Source: an uncultured Gammaproteobacteria bacterium (GTDB taxonomy: Bacteria; Patescibacteriota; Microgenomatia; UBA10105; UBA927). From it: DNA of 64,000 nucleotides. The notes under the pieces are model-generated. The model worked only from the letters and a program-made list of their open reading frames with translations. It made no database searches and was not told the origin of the DNA. Positions 8,483 to 21,068 of this stretch are shown here, piece by piece. A program made the translations under genes and the position numbers. Numbering within the stretch: position 1 is the first letter of the stretch; every line of letters begins with the position of its first letter. Location of the stretch: contig CAZQTD010000003.1 of assembly GCA_964596355.1 (NCBI GenBank), forward strand, positions 20,500 to 84,499. Direction: 5' to 3'.

Positions 8483-9909
8483 AACACCTTCGTACACTCA
8501 CGCTTGTTAAAGCAGTTACGTTACTTAAGGCGAAAGAAATTTCGCATGAGCAATTGTACGATGACATATTTGAAGCAATAGAGAAAGACAACGCATACTT
8601 GAATATCTATTTGTCGCTTAACAAAACCGCGCGCAAAGATGCAGAATTTCAGCTAGATACACCACTCGCCGGTGTCCCTATAGCGGTGAAGGACAATTTT
8701 CTTACTATTGGATTACCAACAACCGCATCTGCCAAACTCCTTGATGGATTTATGCCGCCATACGAATCCACCGTGACGGATCGGGTGAAAAAAAAAGGAG
8801 GCATTATTCTTGGGAAGACCAACATGGATGCATGGGCGCATGGAAGTAGCACGGAAACGAGCGATTTTGGCCCGACGAAAAATCCCCTAAATCCCTCACA
8901 CGTGCCCGGCGGTTCGTCTGGAGGAAGTGCCGCGGCAGTTGCCTCAAATACATGCATTGCAGCGCTCGGGACGGAAACAGCCGGGTCTATTCGCGTTCCC
9001 GCATGTTGGTGTGGTGTGGTAGGATTAAAGCCAACGTACGGTCGGGTTCCGCGCACCGGAATTGTGGCAATGGGATCTTCGCTTGATAGCCCGGGACCGA
9101 TAACAAAAACTGTAGAAGATGCAGCGCTTCTTTTCACTATTATCGCGGGAAAAGACCCGTATGATGCCACGTCAATCGATAGACCTGTTGGCGATTGTGT
9201 CGCGAATCTCAAAAAGGGAGTAAAAGGGTTTCGTATTGGGATTTGTTACATGGATTATCCAAATCTAAAAAATCGGCAGGTTGCTTCATCGGTTGAGCGC
9301 GCGGGCAAAGTGCTTGAATCGCAGGGAGCGATCGTTGACATGATTCCGCTATCCCAAACATTAAAGCCTCATGCGATATTAACTCCTGATTACGCGATCG
9401 GTGTCTATACGGTTATTCAGCGAAGTGAAGTTTCAAGCAACCTCGCTCGGTATGATGGCGTTCGCTACGGTTTCGATAGGTTGCAGTTTGGCGCAGAAGC
9501 CAAAAGGAGAATCATACTTGGGACATTTACACTTTCTAAAGGCTACGCGGATAAATACTATGTGATGGCTCAAAAGGTCCGTAATCTCTATATACAAAAT
9601 TTTCAGCAGCTGTTTTCTACCTATGACATTCTTCTTTCCACACCTACTCCCGGAGTGGCACTCAAGCTTGGTGAAAGCGAAGGCAATCCGATGTTTGGAG
9701 AGCTTATTGATGTTCTCAACGAGCCCAGTTCGCTTGCAGGGATCACAGCCGTCAGCATCCCGTGTGCATGGGATGATACTACGGGCCTACCGCTTGGTCT
9801 TGCATTAATGGGTAATTACTGGCAAGAAGAAAAGGTGTTGCGAACCGCTTATGTCTGTGAACAGAGCTTCAGGGGAAATCCATGGGTATCCGGCTCCTTG
9901 GGAGCATGA
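8479..9909 (+). CDS. gatA: Asp/Glu-tRNA amidotransferase subunit A
   Basis: Amidase signature GGSSGGSAAAVA, GTETAGSIR, SSNLARYDG, RRIILG. Confidence 0.96.
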   Translation: MKHLRTLTLVKAVTLLKAKEISHEQLYDDIFEAIEKDNAYLNIYLSLNKTARKDAEFQLDTPLAGVPIAVKDNFLTIGLPTTASAKLLDGFMPPYESTVTDRVKKKGGIILGKTNMDAWAHGSSTETSDFGPTKNPLNPSHVPGGSSGGSAAAVASNTCIAALGTETAGSIRVPACWCGVVGLKPTYGRVPRTGIVAMGSSLDSPGPITKTVEDAALLFTIIAGKDPYDATSIDRPVGDCVANLKKGVKGFRIGICYMDYPNLKNRQVASSVERAGKVLESQGAIVDMIPLSQTLKPHAILTPDYAIGVYTVIQRSEVSSNLARYDGVRYGFDRLQFGAEAKRRIILGTFTLSKGYADKYYVMAQKVRNLYIQNFQQLFSTYDILLSTPTPGVALKLGESEGNPMFGELIDVLNEPSSLAGITAVSIPCAWDDTTGLPLGLALMGNYWQEEKVLRTAYVCEQSFRGNPWVSGSLGA

Positions 9910-9917
9910 GGAATATA

Positions 9918-11255
9918 ATGACGTACGAACCGATCATTGGACTTGAAATACACGTTGAATTGAAAACCAAATCAAAGATGTTTTGCGGGTGCAAAAACGA
10001 TCCCTTTTTTGCACCGAAGCCTAACATCTATACGTGCCCTGTTTGTTTAGGGTTGCCAGGCGGTTTGCCAGTGCCAAACAAAAAAGCTGTCGAGTGGACG
10101 ATTATGTTGGGTTTAGCGCTCGGTTGCACCGTTAATCTTGAATCCAAATTTGATCGGAAGCACTATTTTTACCCAGATCTCCCCAAGGGATATCAAATTT
10201 CGCAACATGATATACCTCTTTGTCGAAACGGAGTCATCCATCTTCCCTCACGTGACGTGCGTATCCATCGTGTACACTTGGAAGAGGATACGGGAAAACT
10301 CCTTCATGCCACTATTGATGGCAAAAGGGCGACGTTGGTTGATTTTAATAGAAGCGGTGTCCCGCTACTTGAAATTGTTACCGAACCGGATATTCGAAGC
10401 GCTGACGAAGCAAAAGAGTTTCTTAAGAAACTCCATCACATCATTCGGTGGTTAGATATCTCTGATGCCGATATGGAAAAGGGCAGTATGAGGTTAGAGC
10501 CGAATATATCAGTGAGAAACGTACCAAGCAAAACGCTATTGCCTCCATATAAAGTTGAAGTAAAGAATATTAATTCCTTTCGGTTTGTGAAGAAGGCCAT
10601 AGATTATGAAGTGAATCGACATATCAGATTGCTTGAAGAAGGACAATTGCCCCTTCAGGAAACTCGCGGGTGGGACGAGAAGAAAGGTATAACGTTTAGT
10701 CAACGGCATAAAGAGCACGCTGATGATTATCGCTACTTCCCAGAGCCGGATATCCCACTGATGCGGTTTACTGAAGCAGAAATATCGAACCTCAAATTTT
10801 ACATTCCAGAACTGCCTGACGCGAAAAAAGCGAGATTTGTACAGGAGTATGGATTATCTGACATTGAAGCTGCCCAAATGACAGAAACAGTTGCTCGTGC
10901 GAACTATTTTGAGTCGGCTGTCCGCGCCGCGGAAAACGGCGAATTCACAAAGATACCTGTAACGCCCAAACTGGTTGCCAATTGGATAATAAACAGGAAG
11001 ATCGAAGAATCCATGGAGCCTGCACAATTGATTGCCGAAATAGCCAAATCGCAAGCGGTGGAAGAAGTATCCGATGATGTTGTCCAGACAGCAATAGGTA
11101 CTGTTTTTGCCGCCAATCCAAAGGCCGTTGCTGACTTCAGGGCCGGCAAAGAAAAAGTTAAAATGTTTCTCTTTGGCAATGTTCTGCGGGAACTTAAAGG
11201 GAAAGGGAATAAAAGGAGAATAATGGGGTTGCTTGAGCAGAGGCTTGCTTCTTAG
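9918..11255 (+). CDS. gatB: Asp/Glu-tRNA amidotransferase subunit B
   Basis: IGLEIHVEL, FDRKHYFYPDLPKGYQISQ, HLEEDTGK, DYRYFPEPD. Confidence 0.96.
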   Translation: MTYEPIIGLEIHVELKTKSKMFCGCKNDPFFAPKPNIYTCPVCLGLPGGLPVPNKKAVEWTIMLGLALGCTVNLESKFDRKHYFYPDLPKGYQISQHDIPLCRNGVIHLPSRDVRIHRVHLEEDTGKLLHATIDGKRATLVDFNRSGVPLLEIVTEPDIRSADEAKEFLKKLHHIIRWLDISDADMEKGSMRLEPNISVRNVPSKTLLPPYKVEVKNINSFRFVKKAIDYEVNRHIRLLEEGQLPLQETRGWDEKKGITFSQRHKEHADDYRYFPEPDIPLMRFTEAEISNLKFYIPELPDAKKARFVQEYGLSDIEAAQMTETVARANYFESAVRAAENGEFTKIPVTPKLVANWIINRKIEESMEPAQLIAEIAKSQAVEEVSDDVVQTAIGTVFAANPKAVADFRAGKEKVKMFLFGNVLRELKGKGNKRRIMGLLEQRLAS

Positions 11256-11270
11256 ACAAGATAACGGTCT

Positions 11271-11298
11271 TGTTACTATGATTTAAAACATAGTAACG
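11271..11298. repeat. 28-bp near-perfect palindrome TGTTACTATGATTTAAAACATAGTAACG upstream of dnaE
   Basis: 26/28 identical to the perfect palindrome at 46401-46428. Confidence 0.85.
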
Positions 11299-11307
11299 AG
11301 AAATAAT

Positions 11308-14300
11308 ATGGCAGATTTTGTCCATCTTCATACGCACAGCGAGTATTCGCTCCTCGACGGCTTAGGGAAGCTTGATCAGTTGATTGAACGGGCCAAGTCA
11401 TTTGGCATGGATGCGCTTGCCGTTACTGATCACGGCGCGATGTACGGAAGCTTCAAGTTTTACCTCAAAGCCAAAGCCGCGGGAATCAAGCCGATTCTTG
11501 GAGTTGAGACGTATGTTGCAAGGAGAAGCAGGTTTGATAAGGAAGCAAAAATTGATACAGACCCGTATCATTTGCTCCTTCTTGCCAAAAGCGAGACAGG
11601 GTACAAGAACCTCATGAAGCTTGTCACCTATGCGCACTTGGAGGGCTATTATTATAAGCCGCGTATCGACTGGGAACTTCTGACCAAGTATCACGAGGGG
11701 ATTGTTTGCACGAGCGCATGCATTCAAGGCGAGGTGCCGTCTCTTTTGCGGGAGGGTAAAGAGAAAGAGGCAGAAGAAACAGCCAGACGCTATGCCGAGT
11801 TGTTCGGCGTCGATCATTATTATATCGAACTGCAACGTCACCCGAAAATTGCGGAAATAGACCAGATCAACGCCAAACTCGTGAAGCTTTCGCGCAAGCT
11901 CGGTCTGCCGCTTGTGGCAACCAACGACATCCATTACGTGGACCCGCAGGATGCTGAAGCGCAGGAAATTCTGCTCTGCGTACAGACGCAGCGGACAATT
12001 CTTGACAAAGATCGGCCGCTGACGATGATTGACTCGCCGGATTTTTACATGCGTTCTCCCGAGGAGATGAAGGGGTTGTTTATCCAGTATCCCGAGGCGA
12101 TAGAGAATACGGTGAAAATTGCGCGCATGTGTGATGTGACGCTGTCGGTTGGCAAGTGGATTTTGCCGGAGTATCCGCTTGAAGCAGGCGAAACACTCGC
12201 CACGTACTTAAAAAAGCTTATTACTGATCGGGTAAAGGCAAAGTATCCCAATCCGACCAAAGAAATTAACGATCGGATTGCCTACGAACTGGATATTATC
12301 AACAAAAAAGGATATTCAACGTACTTTCTCATTGTATCTGATTTTGTTAACTGGGCGAAAGATCACGGTATTGCTGTTGGCCCCGGCCGCGGGTCAGCGG
12401 CTGGATCTGTAATTTCCTACATTCTTAATATCACGGGAATTGATCCGTTGTTCTTTAATCTGCCGTTTGAACGCTTTCTTAATCCATCGCGTCCAAGTCC
12501 GCCGGACATTGATTTGGATTTTGCAGATGACCGGCGAGACGAGGTGATTAAATACGTTACCGAAAAATACGGTGAAGATAAAGTTGCGCAAATTATCACG
12601 TTTGGCACCATGGAGGCAAAAGGAGCTGTCCGCGACGCGGGCAGAGCGCTCGGTATGCCGTATTCTGGGCCGGACCGGATTAGCAAGATGATTCCGGCAG
12701 GGTTTCAGGGGAGCGCGATGACAATAGACAAGGCGCTGCAGCAGTCGCCGGAGCTTGCTCTTGCGTATCAATCTGAACCCGAAACAAAGCGGCTTTTGGA
12801 TGTCGCGCGAAAACTTGAGGGGGTTGCTCGTCACGCGTCGGTCCATGCCGCAGGCGTTGTCATCGCTGACAAACCGCTTGTGGAATATACACCGCTTCAA
12901 AAAGAGTCAAAGGGTGAACGGATCGTGACACAGTACGACATGTATACGGTTGGAGAAGACGGTGTGGGGCTTCTCAAGATGGATTTTTTGGGACTGCGGA
13001 ACCTCACCATTATTTCTCAAGCATTGCGATTTATTAAGGATGTGACGGGGAAGACGCTTGATCTGCAAGCGATTCCGCTCATTGATAAAAAAACGTATGA
13101 GATGCTCTCGCTGGGCGAAACAACCGGCGTGTTTCAGCTTGAATCTGCGGGAATGCGCAGGTATATCAAAGAGCTTAAGCCCACAAATATTTTTGATCTC
13201 ATGGCGATGGTTGCGCTGTTTCGACCCGGACCCATGCAGGTTATTCCGGAGTTTATCCGAAGGAAGCACAATCCTTCGCTTATAACCTATCCGGATCGGC
13301 GACTGAAAGATGTACTAAAACAGTCGTACGGTATTATCGCATATCAGGATGACGTCCTCTTGACGGCCATTACGCTCGCCGGATATTCGTGGGGCGACGC
13401 AGATAAACTGCGCAAGGCAGTCGGCAAAAAAATTCCATCCGAAATGAAGAAGCAAAAGGAAAAGTTTATTGACGGTTGCGTGGCAAATGGCCTTACGCGT
13501 CAAAAAGCGGAAGTCATTTTTAATCTCATTGAGCCGTTTGCCGGCTACGGATTTAATAAAGCTCATGCCGCGTGCTACGCGATGATTGCATATCAGACTG
13601 CCTACCTTAAAGCTAATTATCCGGTAGAATTTATGACCGCAGTTTTGACTGCAGAATCCCGCGCAAATACAGGACCGGCACGCGACGACAAAATTTCGAT
13701 GATGGTCGCCGAGTGCAGGCGAATGAATATTGCGCTTTTGCCTCCGGATATTAACGCATCGGGAGTAGAATTTACGATCGAAGAGACGCAGCCTGCTGGC
13801 AGGCGCGCGATACGCTTTGGGCTTTCGGCGATCAAAAACGTCGGCGAGGCGGCAATTGAGGCCATCCTTGCGGCCCGCAGGGATAAACCGTTCGTAAGCT
13901 TGGGCGATTTTATGGCGCGCGTAGATCTGTCTAAGGTCAACAGGAAGACTCTTGAAAGCTTGATAAAGGCCGGAGCAATGGATGGGTTTGGAACGCGCGC
14001 GGCAATGCTCCTTTACGTACCGTTGGCCATTGATCTTGCACATAAACACAAGAAGCAGGCAGCAGCCGGACAAGTAGGACTATTTGAAGAAGCAAATGTC
14101 GCACACAGAGCCATGGACGCGCTTCCTCGTGTTGCCGAGTGTCCACAATCAGAGCTATTGGCGTGGGAAAAAGAACTCCTTGGATTTTATCTCACAACCC
14201 ACCCGCTTGAGCCTCATATAAAACTGCTTTCTGGCGTTGGAGCGGTACCTCTTGGGCAAATGACCGTAGAACACGTAGGGCAGCGAGTGACAGTTGCCGG

Positions 14301-14550
14301 GATTGTCGTTAACGTCAAAAAAATAACCACAAAGGCAGGCAACAACGAAATGGCATTCGTCAAAGTGGAAGATATGACAGGAAACGTGGAGCTGGTAGTT
14401 TTTCCAAAAATTTATATACGGACCATGGATATGTGGCGGTCGGATGTTGTAGTCCAGGTGATGGGCAAGGTGGACGAAAAAGATGATCGTTTGACGATTC
14501 TTGTCGATGACGCATCGGTTCTGGTATCCGTTAGAGACAATGGAGGTTGA
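11308..14550 (+). CDS. dnaE: DNA polymerase III alpha subunit
   Basis: PHP HLHTHSEYSLLDG, GRGSAAGS, PDIDLDF, KMDFLGL, YGFNKAHA, clamp-binding-like QVGLF, C-terminal OB fold. Confidence 0.97.
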   Translation: MADFVHLHTHSEYSLLDGLGKLDQLIERAKSFGMDALAVTDHGAMYGSFKFYLKAKAAGIKPILGVETYVARRSRFDKEAKIDTDPYHLLLLAKSETGYKNLMKLVTYAHLEGYYYKPRIDWELLTKYHEGIVCTSACIQGEVPSLLREGKEKEAEETARRYAELFGVDHYYIELQRHPKIAEIDQINAKLVKLSRKLGLPLVATNDIHYVDPQDAEAQEILLCVQTQRTILDKDRPLTMIDSPDFYMRSPEEMKGLFIQYPEAIENTVKIARMCDVTLSVGKWILPEYPLEAGETLATYLKKLITDRVKAKYPNPTKEINDRIAYELDIINKKGYSTYFLIVSDFVNWAKDHGIAVGPGRGSAAGSVISYILNITGIDPLFFNLPFERFLNPSRPSPPDIDLDFADDRRDEVIKYVTEKYGEDKVAQIITFGTMEAKGAVRDAGRALGMPYSGPDRISKMIPAGFQGSAMTIDKALQQSPELALAYQSEPETKRLLDVARKLEGVARHASVHAAGVVIADKPLVEYTPLQKESKGERIVTQYDMYTVGEDGVGLLKMDFLGLRNLTIISQALRFIKDVTGKTLDLQAIPLIDKKTYEMLSLGETTGVFQLESAGMRRYIKELKPTNIFDLMAMVALFRPGPMQVIPEFIRRKHNPSLITYPDRRLKDVLKQSYGIIAYQDDVLLTAITLAGYSWGDADKLRKAVGKKIPSEMKKQKEKFIDGCVANGLTRQKAEVIFNLIEPFAGYGFNKAHAACYAMIAYQTAYLKANYPVEFMTAVLTAESRANTGPARDDKISMMVAECRRMNIALLPPDINASGVEFTIEETQPAGRRAIRFGLSAIKNVGEAAIEAILAARRDKPFVSLGDFMARVDLSKVNRKTLESLIKAGAMDGFGTRAAMLLYVPLAIDLAHKHKKQAAAGQVGLFEEANVAHRAMDALPRVAECPQSELLAWEKELLGFYLTTHPLEPHIKLLSGVGAVPLGQMTVEHVGQRVTVAGIVVNVKKITTKAGNNEMAFVKVEDMTGNVELVVFPKIYIRTMDMWRSDVVVQVMGKVDEKDDRLTILVDDASVLVSVRDNGG

Positions 14551-14575
14551 CGAACGCACGAAGGTTTTGTACAAT
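14547..14575 (+). promoter_or_regulatory. Promoter of the atp operon
   Basis: TTGACG-17-TACAAT. Confidence 0.7.
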
Positions 14576-14591
14576 GAGTGCGCTTGATAGC

Positions 14592-14921
14592 ATGATCAAG
14601 TGGCGTAAGACTCACGCTGTCCGTGAGTCGTTTAACGTTAGTATCGATGAGCGGAAGGGGTTGGTAGTTGAAAGGCGCGACAAAAAGAAACGAAAGGTGA
14701 CAGATGGACGCGATACCTGGTTTTATGTAGGGTTTGTGGGAGAAATAGGATTTACAATCGCACTGCCTATCGCTGGTGGAGCGTGTTTGGGATTGTTTCT
14801 TGATCGAACGTGGTCAAGTTATCCCAAGGCGACCATCGCGTTGTTGTTTTTTGGGATAGTGATATCATGTATTGCGTTTGTTGCAACAATTCGTGAAGTG
14901 ATAGGACGAAAGAACTCATAA
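14592..14921 (+). CDS. AtpZ/AtpI-family membrane protein
   Basis: GEIGFTIALPIAGGACLGLFLDR two-TM signature, first gene of the atp operon; start placed downstream of the promoter. Confidence 0.75.
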   Translation: MIKWRKTHAVRESFNVSIDERKGLVVERRDKKKRKVTDGRDTWFYVGFVGEIGFTIALPIAGGACLGLFLDRTWSSYPKATIALLFFGIVISCIAFVATIREVIGRKNS

Positions 14922-14926
14922 CCATA

Positions 14927-15652
14927 ATGCCGCATATATCGCTTGCTGCTGAAAAACTTGGCACAGTTTTTGGGGTGCCCATATCAAATTCACTACTTGC
15001 GACGTGGTTTGCGATGGGGGTTATATTCCTGCTTTCCTTTCTTGCGACACGCACTATGACGCTGGTGCCTGGTTACGGTCAGTCGATTGCCGAACTTCTT
15101 GTCGGCGGTCTATATGACTTTTTTGGAACCGTTGCCGGACATCACATACGACAATTTTTTCCTCTCATTGCGTCGTTTTTCATTTTTATTATTACTGCGA
15201 ACTGGATGGGGCTTCTTCCCGGCGTTGGAACCGTGGGTTTTTTCCACGGCCACGAGTTTACACCGATTCTGCGCGGTGCAACTGCTGATTTAAATACGAC
15301 TCTGGCGCTTGCGATCATTGCCGTTGTTGCAATCCAGTATTTTGGATTTAAGACAGTGGGCAAACATTACAGCACAAGGTTTTTAAACTTTAAAGACCCG
15401 ATCTATTTCGTGTTGGGAATCTTAGAGATTGTTTCGGAAATATCCAGAGTAGTTTCCTTCGCTTTTCGGCTATTTGGCAATATATTCGCAGGAGAAGTGC
15501 TTCTTACAGTCATGGCGTTTCTGATGCCTTTCGTCGTACCTCTTCCCTTTTTGATGCTTGAGTTATTTGTCGGATTTATTCAGGCTCTTGTATTTTCTAT
15601 GCTTACTGCGGTATTTTTAAATGTAGCCGTTTCGCACGGCGAAGATCATTAG
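14927..15652 (+). CDS. atpB: ATP synthase Fo subunit a
   Basis: TADLNTTLAL, SFAFRLFGNIFAGE, ELFVGFIQALVFSML. Confidence 0.96.
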   Translation: MPHISLAAEKLGTVFGVPISNSLLATWFAMGVIFLLSFLATRTMTLVPGYGQSIAELLVGGLYDFFGTVAGHHIRQFFPLIASFFIFIITANWMGLLPGVGTVGFFHGHEFTPILRGATADLNTTLALAIIAVVAIQYFGFKTVGKHYSTRFLNFKDPIYFVLGILEIVSEISRVVSFAFRLFGNIFAGEVLLTVMAFLMPFVVPLPFLMLELFVGFIQALVFSMLTAVFLNVAVSHGEDH

Positions 15653-15666
15653 GGAGGTGATTGTTT

Positions 15667-15894
15667 ATGGAGGAGGGATCGTTGAAACTTATTATGACCG
15701 GCCTTACAGTCGCGCTGGGGGGGGCCATGCCGGCGTTTGCCATCGGATGGCTTACGAGCAAGGCGCTTGAGGCAATTGGACGCAACCCTGAAGCGGCAGG
15801 AGACATCCGTACCAGCATGATTTTGGGTGTCGCTTTTGCAGAGGCTATCGCCATCTACGCGCTGGTTGCGGGTTTGATCATTAAATTCGTGTGA
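15667..15894 (+). CDS. atpE: ATP synthase Fo subunit c
   Basis: IGRNPEA loop, AFAEAIAIY with the conserved Glu; SD GGAGGTG. Confidence 0.96.
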   Translation: MEEGSLKLIMTGLTVALGGAMPAFAIGWLTSKALEAIGRNPEAAGDIRTSMILGVAFAEAIAIYALVAGLIIKFV

Positions 15895-15904
15895 CAAGGA
15901 ACAT

Positions 15905-16405
15905 ATGGATAAGTTAGGAATTGAACCAACACTTCTGCTTGCGCAGGGGATAAACTTTTTGATTATCATCGTCGTTTTATCAAAGCTTCTGTATAAGCCG
16001 ATTCTTACTATGCTTGAGAAGCGCAAAAAAGAAATCGAGGAGGGGATTCGATTAACCGAAAAGATGCGCGAAGAAGAGGAGCAGATGGCAATTCGTAAAC
16101 AAAAGATGCTTGAACATGCACGGAAGGAAGGCCAGGAGATTATAGAGGAATCAAGAAAACAAGCCAAGGAAGAAGAAAAAGATATCCTCGCCGAAGCGCA
16201 CCGACAGGCACAGCAAATTATGGATAAAGCGAAGGCTGATATCGCTCGTTTGCGAGAGGAAATGGAAAAGGACGTTCGCGCAAACGCGGTTACGCTGGGG
16301 GTTGCCATGGCAAAAAAATTATTAACGGGGGTAATATCGCAGCAGGACAAGCACAAGCTTATCCAAAAACACCTTAAAGAACTTGAGTCGGTTCGTGTGA
16401 ATTAA
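15905..16405 (+). CDS. atpF: ATP synthase Fo subunit b
   Basis: AQGINFLII..LYKPILTMLEKRK followed by a charged coiled coil. Confidence 0.94.
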   Translation: MDKLGIEPTLLLAQGINFLIIIVVLSKLLYKPILTMLEKRKKEIEEGIRLTEKMREEEEQMAIRKQKMLEHARKEGQEIIEESRKQAKEEEKDILAEAHRQAQQIMDKAKADIARLREEMEKDVRANAVTLGVAMAKKLLTGVISQQDKHKLIQKHLKELESVRVN

Positions 16406-16417
16406 TGCTAGCGGCAT

Positions 16418-16771
16418 ATGGATCAATCGCTTACGAAAGACGCGCGGGAACTGGCAGACGGCGTTGTCATGTATTTGCGTCGTGAGACAAAGGATAAGAG
16501 CGTTGTTCCGAAAGTGGCGGCGCTGTTAACGAAGGTGACCGCGAGGGCACGAAAAGCGAATGTCGCACGCGTTGAGTCAAGCGTACAGCTTTTGCCCGCC
16601 GAGCAGAAGACTCTCGCCCGCGTGCTTGCCAAGCTCATCGGCCATGATGTAGCCATTGAGATGTCGGTCAAACCGGAGCTGATCGCGGGCATGCGTATGA
16701 CTGTTGGCGACTTTATTGTGGACACGTCATTTTCAACGTATCTTGATCAGATGGCAAAGACACTCCTATGA
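16418..16771 (+). CDS. atpH: ATP synthase F1 subunit delta (short form)
   Basis: C-terminal OSCP motif ([30 protein letters not shown]); position between atpF and atpA. Confidence 0.85.
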   Translation: MDQSLTKDARELADGVVMYLRRETKDKSVVPKVAALLTKVTARARKANVARVESSVQLLPAEQKTLARVLAKLIGHDVAIEMSVKPELIAGMRMTVGDFIVDTSFSTYLDQMAKTLL

Positions 16772-18287
16772 CAAACCACGACGTATCAGAGCGTATCGCA
16801 AAAGACTTAGCTCAAAAAATTGAGTCGTTTGAGCCATCGATGCAGGCGCGGCGCGTCGGCAGAATCATGTCTGTTGCAGATGGCGTCGCATTCATCAGCG
16901 GTCTTCCGCACGCACAATACTTGGAAGAACTTGCGTTTCCGATGAATATATTCGGGTTCGCGGTCAATTTAGAAGAAGACAGAATCGGCGCAATTATTCT
17001 GGGCGATTATCTTAAACTCCATGAGGGCGATGAAGTGCGGGGAACCGGCGCGTTGCTGTCGGTTCCTGTTGGAGAAGCGCTTTTGGGCCGCATGGTCAAT
17101 CCGTTGGGAGAGCCGCTTGACGGGAAAGGAGAGATACGTACGAAAACGCGATACCCGCTGGAAAAAATTGCTCCCGGAGTCGTTGAGCGACAACCCGTCA
17201 ATACACCACTTCAGACCGGTATCAAAGCTATTGACACGATGATTCCGATCGGCCGGGGACAGCGAGAGCTTATAATTGGCGACCGCAATACTGGAAAAAC
17301 ATCAATTGCCATCGATACAATCATCAACCAAAAAGAAGGAGACGTTATTTGCATTTATGTTGCTATCGGTCAAAAGACATCCCGAATCGCGCAGGTGACA
17401 GCGGAGCTTACAGAGTATAAAGCACTTGGTCACACGATTGTCGTTGCCGCATCTGCCGCGGATTCTGCGGCCAACCAATACATCGCGCCGTACGCTGGAT
17501 GCGCGATCGCTGAGTACTTTATGGATAAAGGCAAAGATGTCCTCATTGTTTATGACGACTTGAGCAAGCACGCGTGGGCGTATCGGCAAATTTCCCTGAT
17601 TCTGAAACGGCCAAGCGGCCGCGAAGCATATCCTGGAGATGTTTTTTATCTCCACAGCAGATTGCTTGAGCGCGCGTGCAGATTGAGTGACGCGAAAGGA
17701 GGCGGATCGATTACCGCGCTTCCGATTATTGAAACGCAGGCGAACGACGTGTCTGCGTATATTCCGACGAATGTTATTTCTATAACCGACGGGCAGATGT
17801 TTTTGGAATCTGATCTATTTAACGCAGGTCAGCGTCCTGCCATAAACGTCGGCATTTCGGTTTCGCGTGTCGGAGGAGCAGCGCAAAACAAAGCGATGAA
17901 AAAGGTTGCAGGGACGCTGCGATTGGATCTTGCTCAATATCGAGCGCTTGCGGCATTTGCGCAATTTTCAACTGATGTTGATGAAGCAACGAAACAGCAG
18001 ATAGACCGCGGTGCGCGCATGCTGGAGCTTCTCAAGCAGGGGAGATTTTCCCCCATGCCGGTTGAAAGACAAATAGCAAGCGTGTGGGCTGGCAGTAGCG
18101 GCTATTTGGATGATGTGGCGGTTTCTGACGTGAGTCGCTTCGAAAAAGAATTTTTAGAATTTCTCGATCGCTCCGGAAAAAAACTCCTTGCTTCTATTGC
18201 CAAAGAAAAAGTAATAACGAATGATATAGAGACAGGTTTAAAACACGCAGTGGGAGAGTTTAAACGAACATTTACCAAAACACAATA

Positions 18288-18288
<1 letters not shown>
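16768..18288 (+). CDS. atpA: ATP synthase F1 subunit alpha
   Basis: [37 protein letters not shown]. Confidence 0.98.
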
Positions 18289-20575
<2,287 letters not shown>

Positions 20576-20605
20576 GGTTCCTGTTTTTGCTATCCATTGC
20601 TTATT

Positions 20606-21019
20606 ATGGCATTTCATCTGGATATCATCACACCCCAGCGAAAAGCCTTTTCTGAAGACGTTGAAGCCGTATCCGTGCCAACATCGAGGGGAACAATCGG
20701 AATTCTTGCCCGTCACGAGCCGCTGTTTTCATCACTAACCGACGGAGAAATAAAAATTCAGACCAAAAATAAAGAGTTTTTTCTAGCGATCGGCGGCGGA
20801 TTTATGGAAGTTACGAAAAACGGCGTCCTTATTCTTGTTTCTCGTGCGGTGCACGCGGACGAGTTGAATGAATCAGAAATAAAACGAGCGCAGGAATCCG
20901 CGCGTCAGGTTATTGCAGGAAAGGCAAAGGGTGCAGAATTAGCCGAAGCACAGGCAGTACTACGAAGGAGCTTATTGGAGCTTAAGGTATACAAGCGAAA
21001 GAAGGGGCGTCCTCTTTAA
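20606..21019 (+). CDS. atpC: ATP synthase F1 subunit epsilon
   Basis: FHLDIITP, GTIGILARHEPL, GGFMEV. Confidence 0.94.
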   Translation: MAFHLDIITPQRKAFSEDVEAVSVPTSRGTIGILARHEPLFSSLTDGEIKIQTKNKEFFLAIGGGFMEVTKNGVLILVSRAVHADELNESEIKRAQESARQVIAGKAKGAELAEAQAVLRRSLLELKVYKRKKGRPL

Positions 21020-21068
21020 GCACATTGACACTTCATCATTCCTTCGTTACACTCGATTGAGGTATTGT

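Noticed and set aside
13315-14073. 252-aa ORF antisense to dnaE, and similar ORFs at 15649-16356, 28263-28946, 51802-52506 and 53792-54460
   Set aside because: All lie opposite well-supported genes and lack independent evidence
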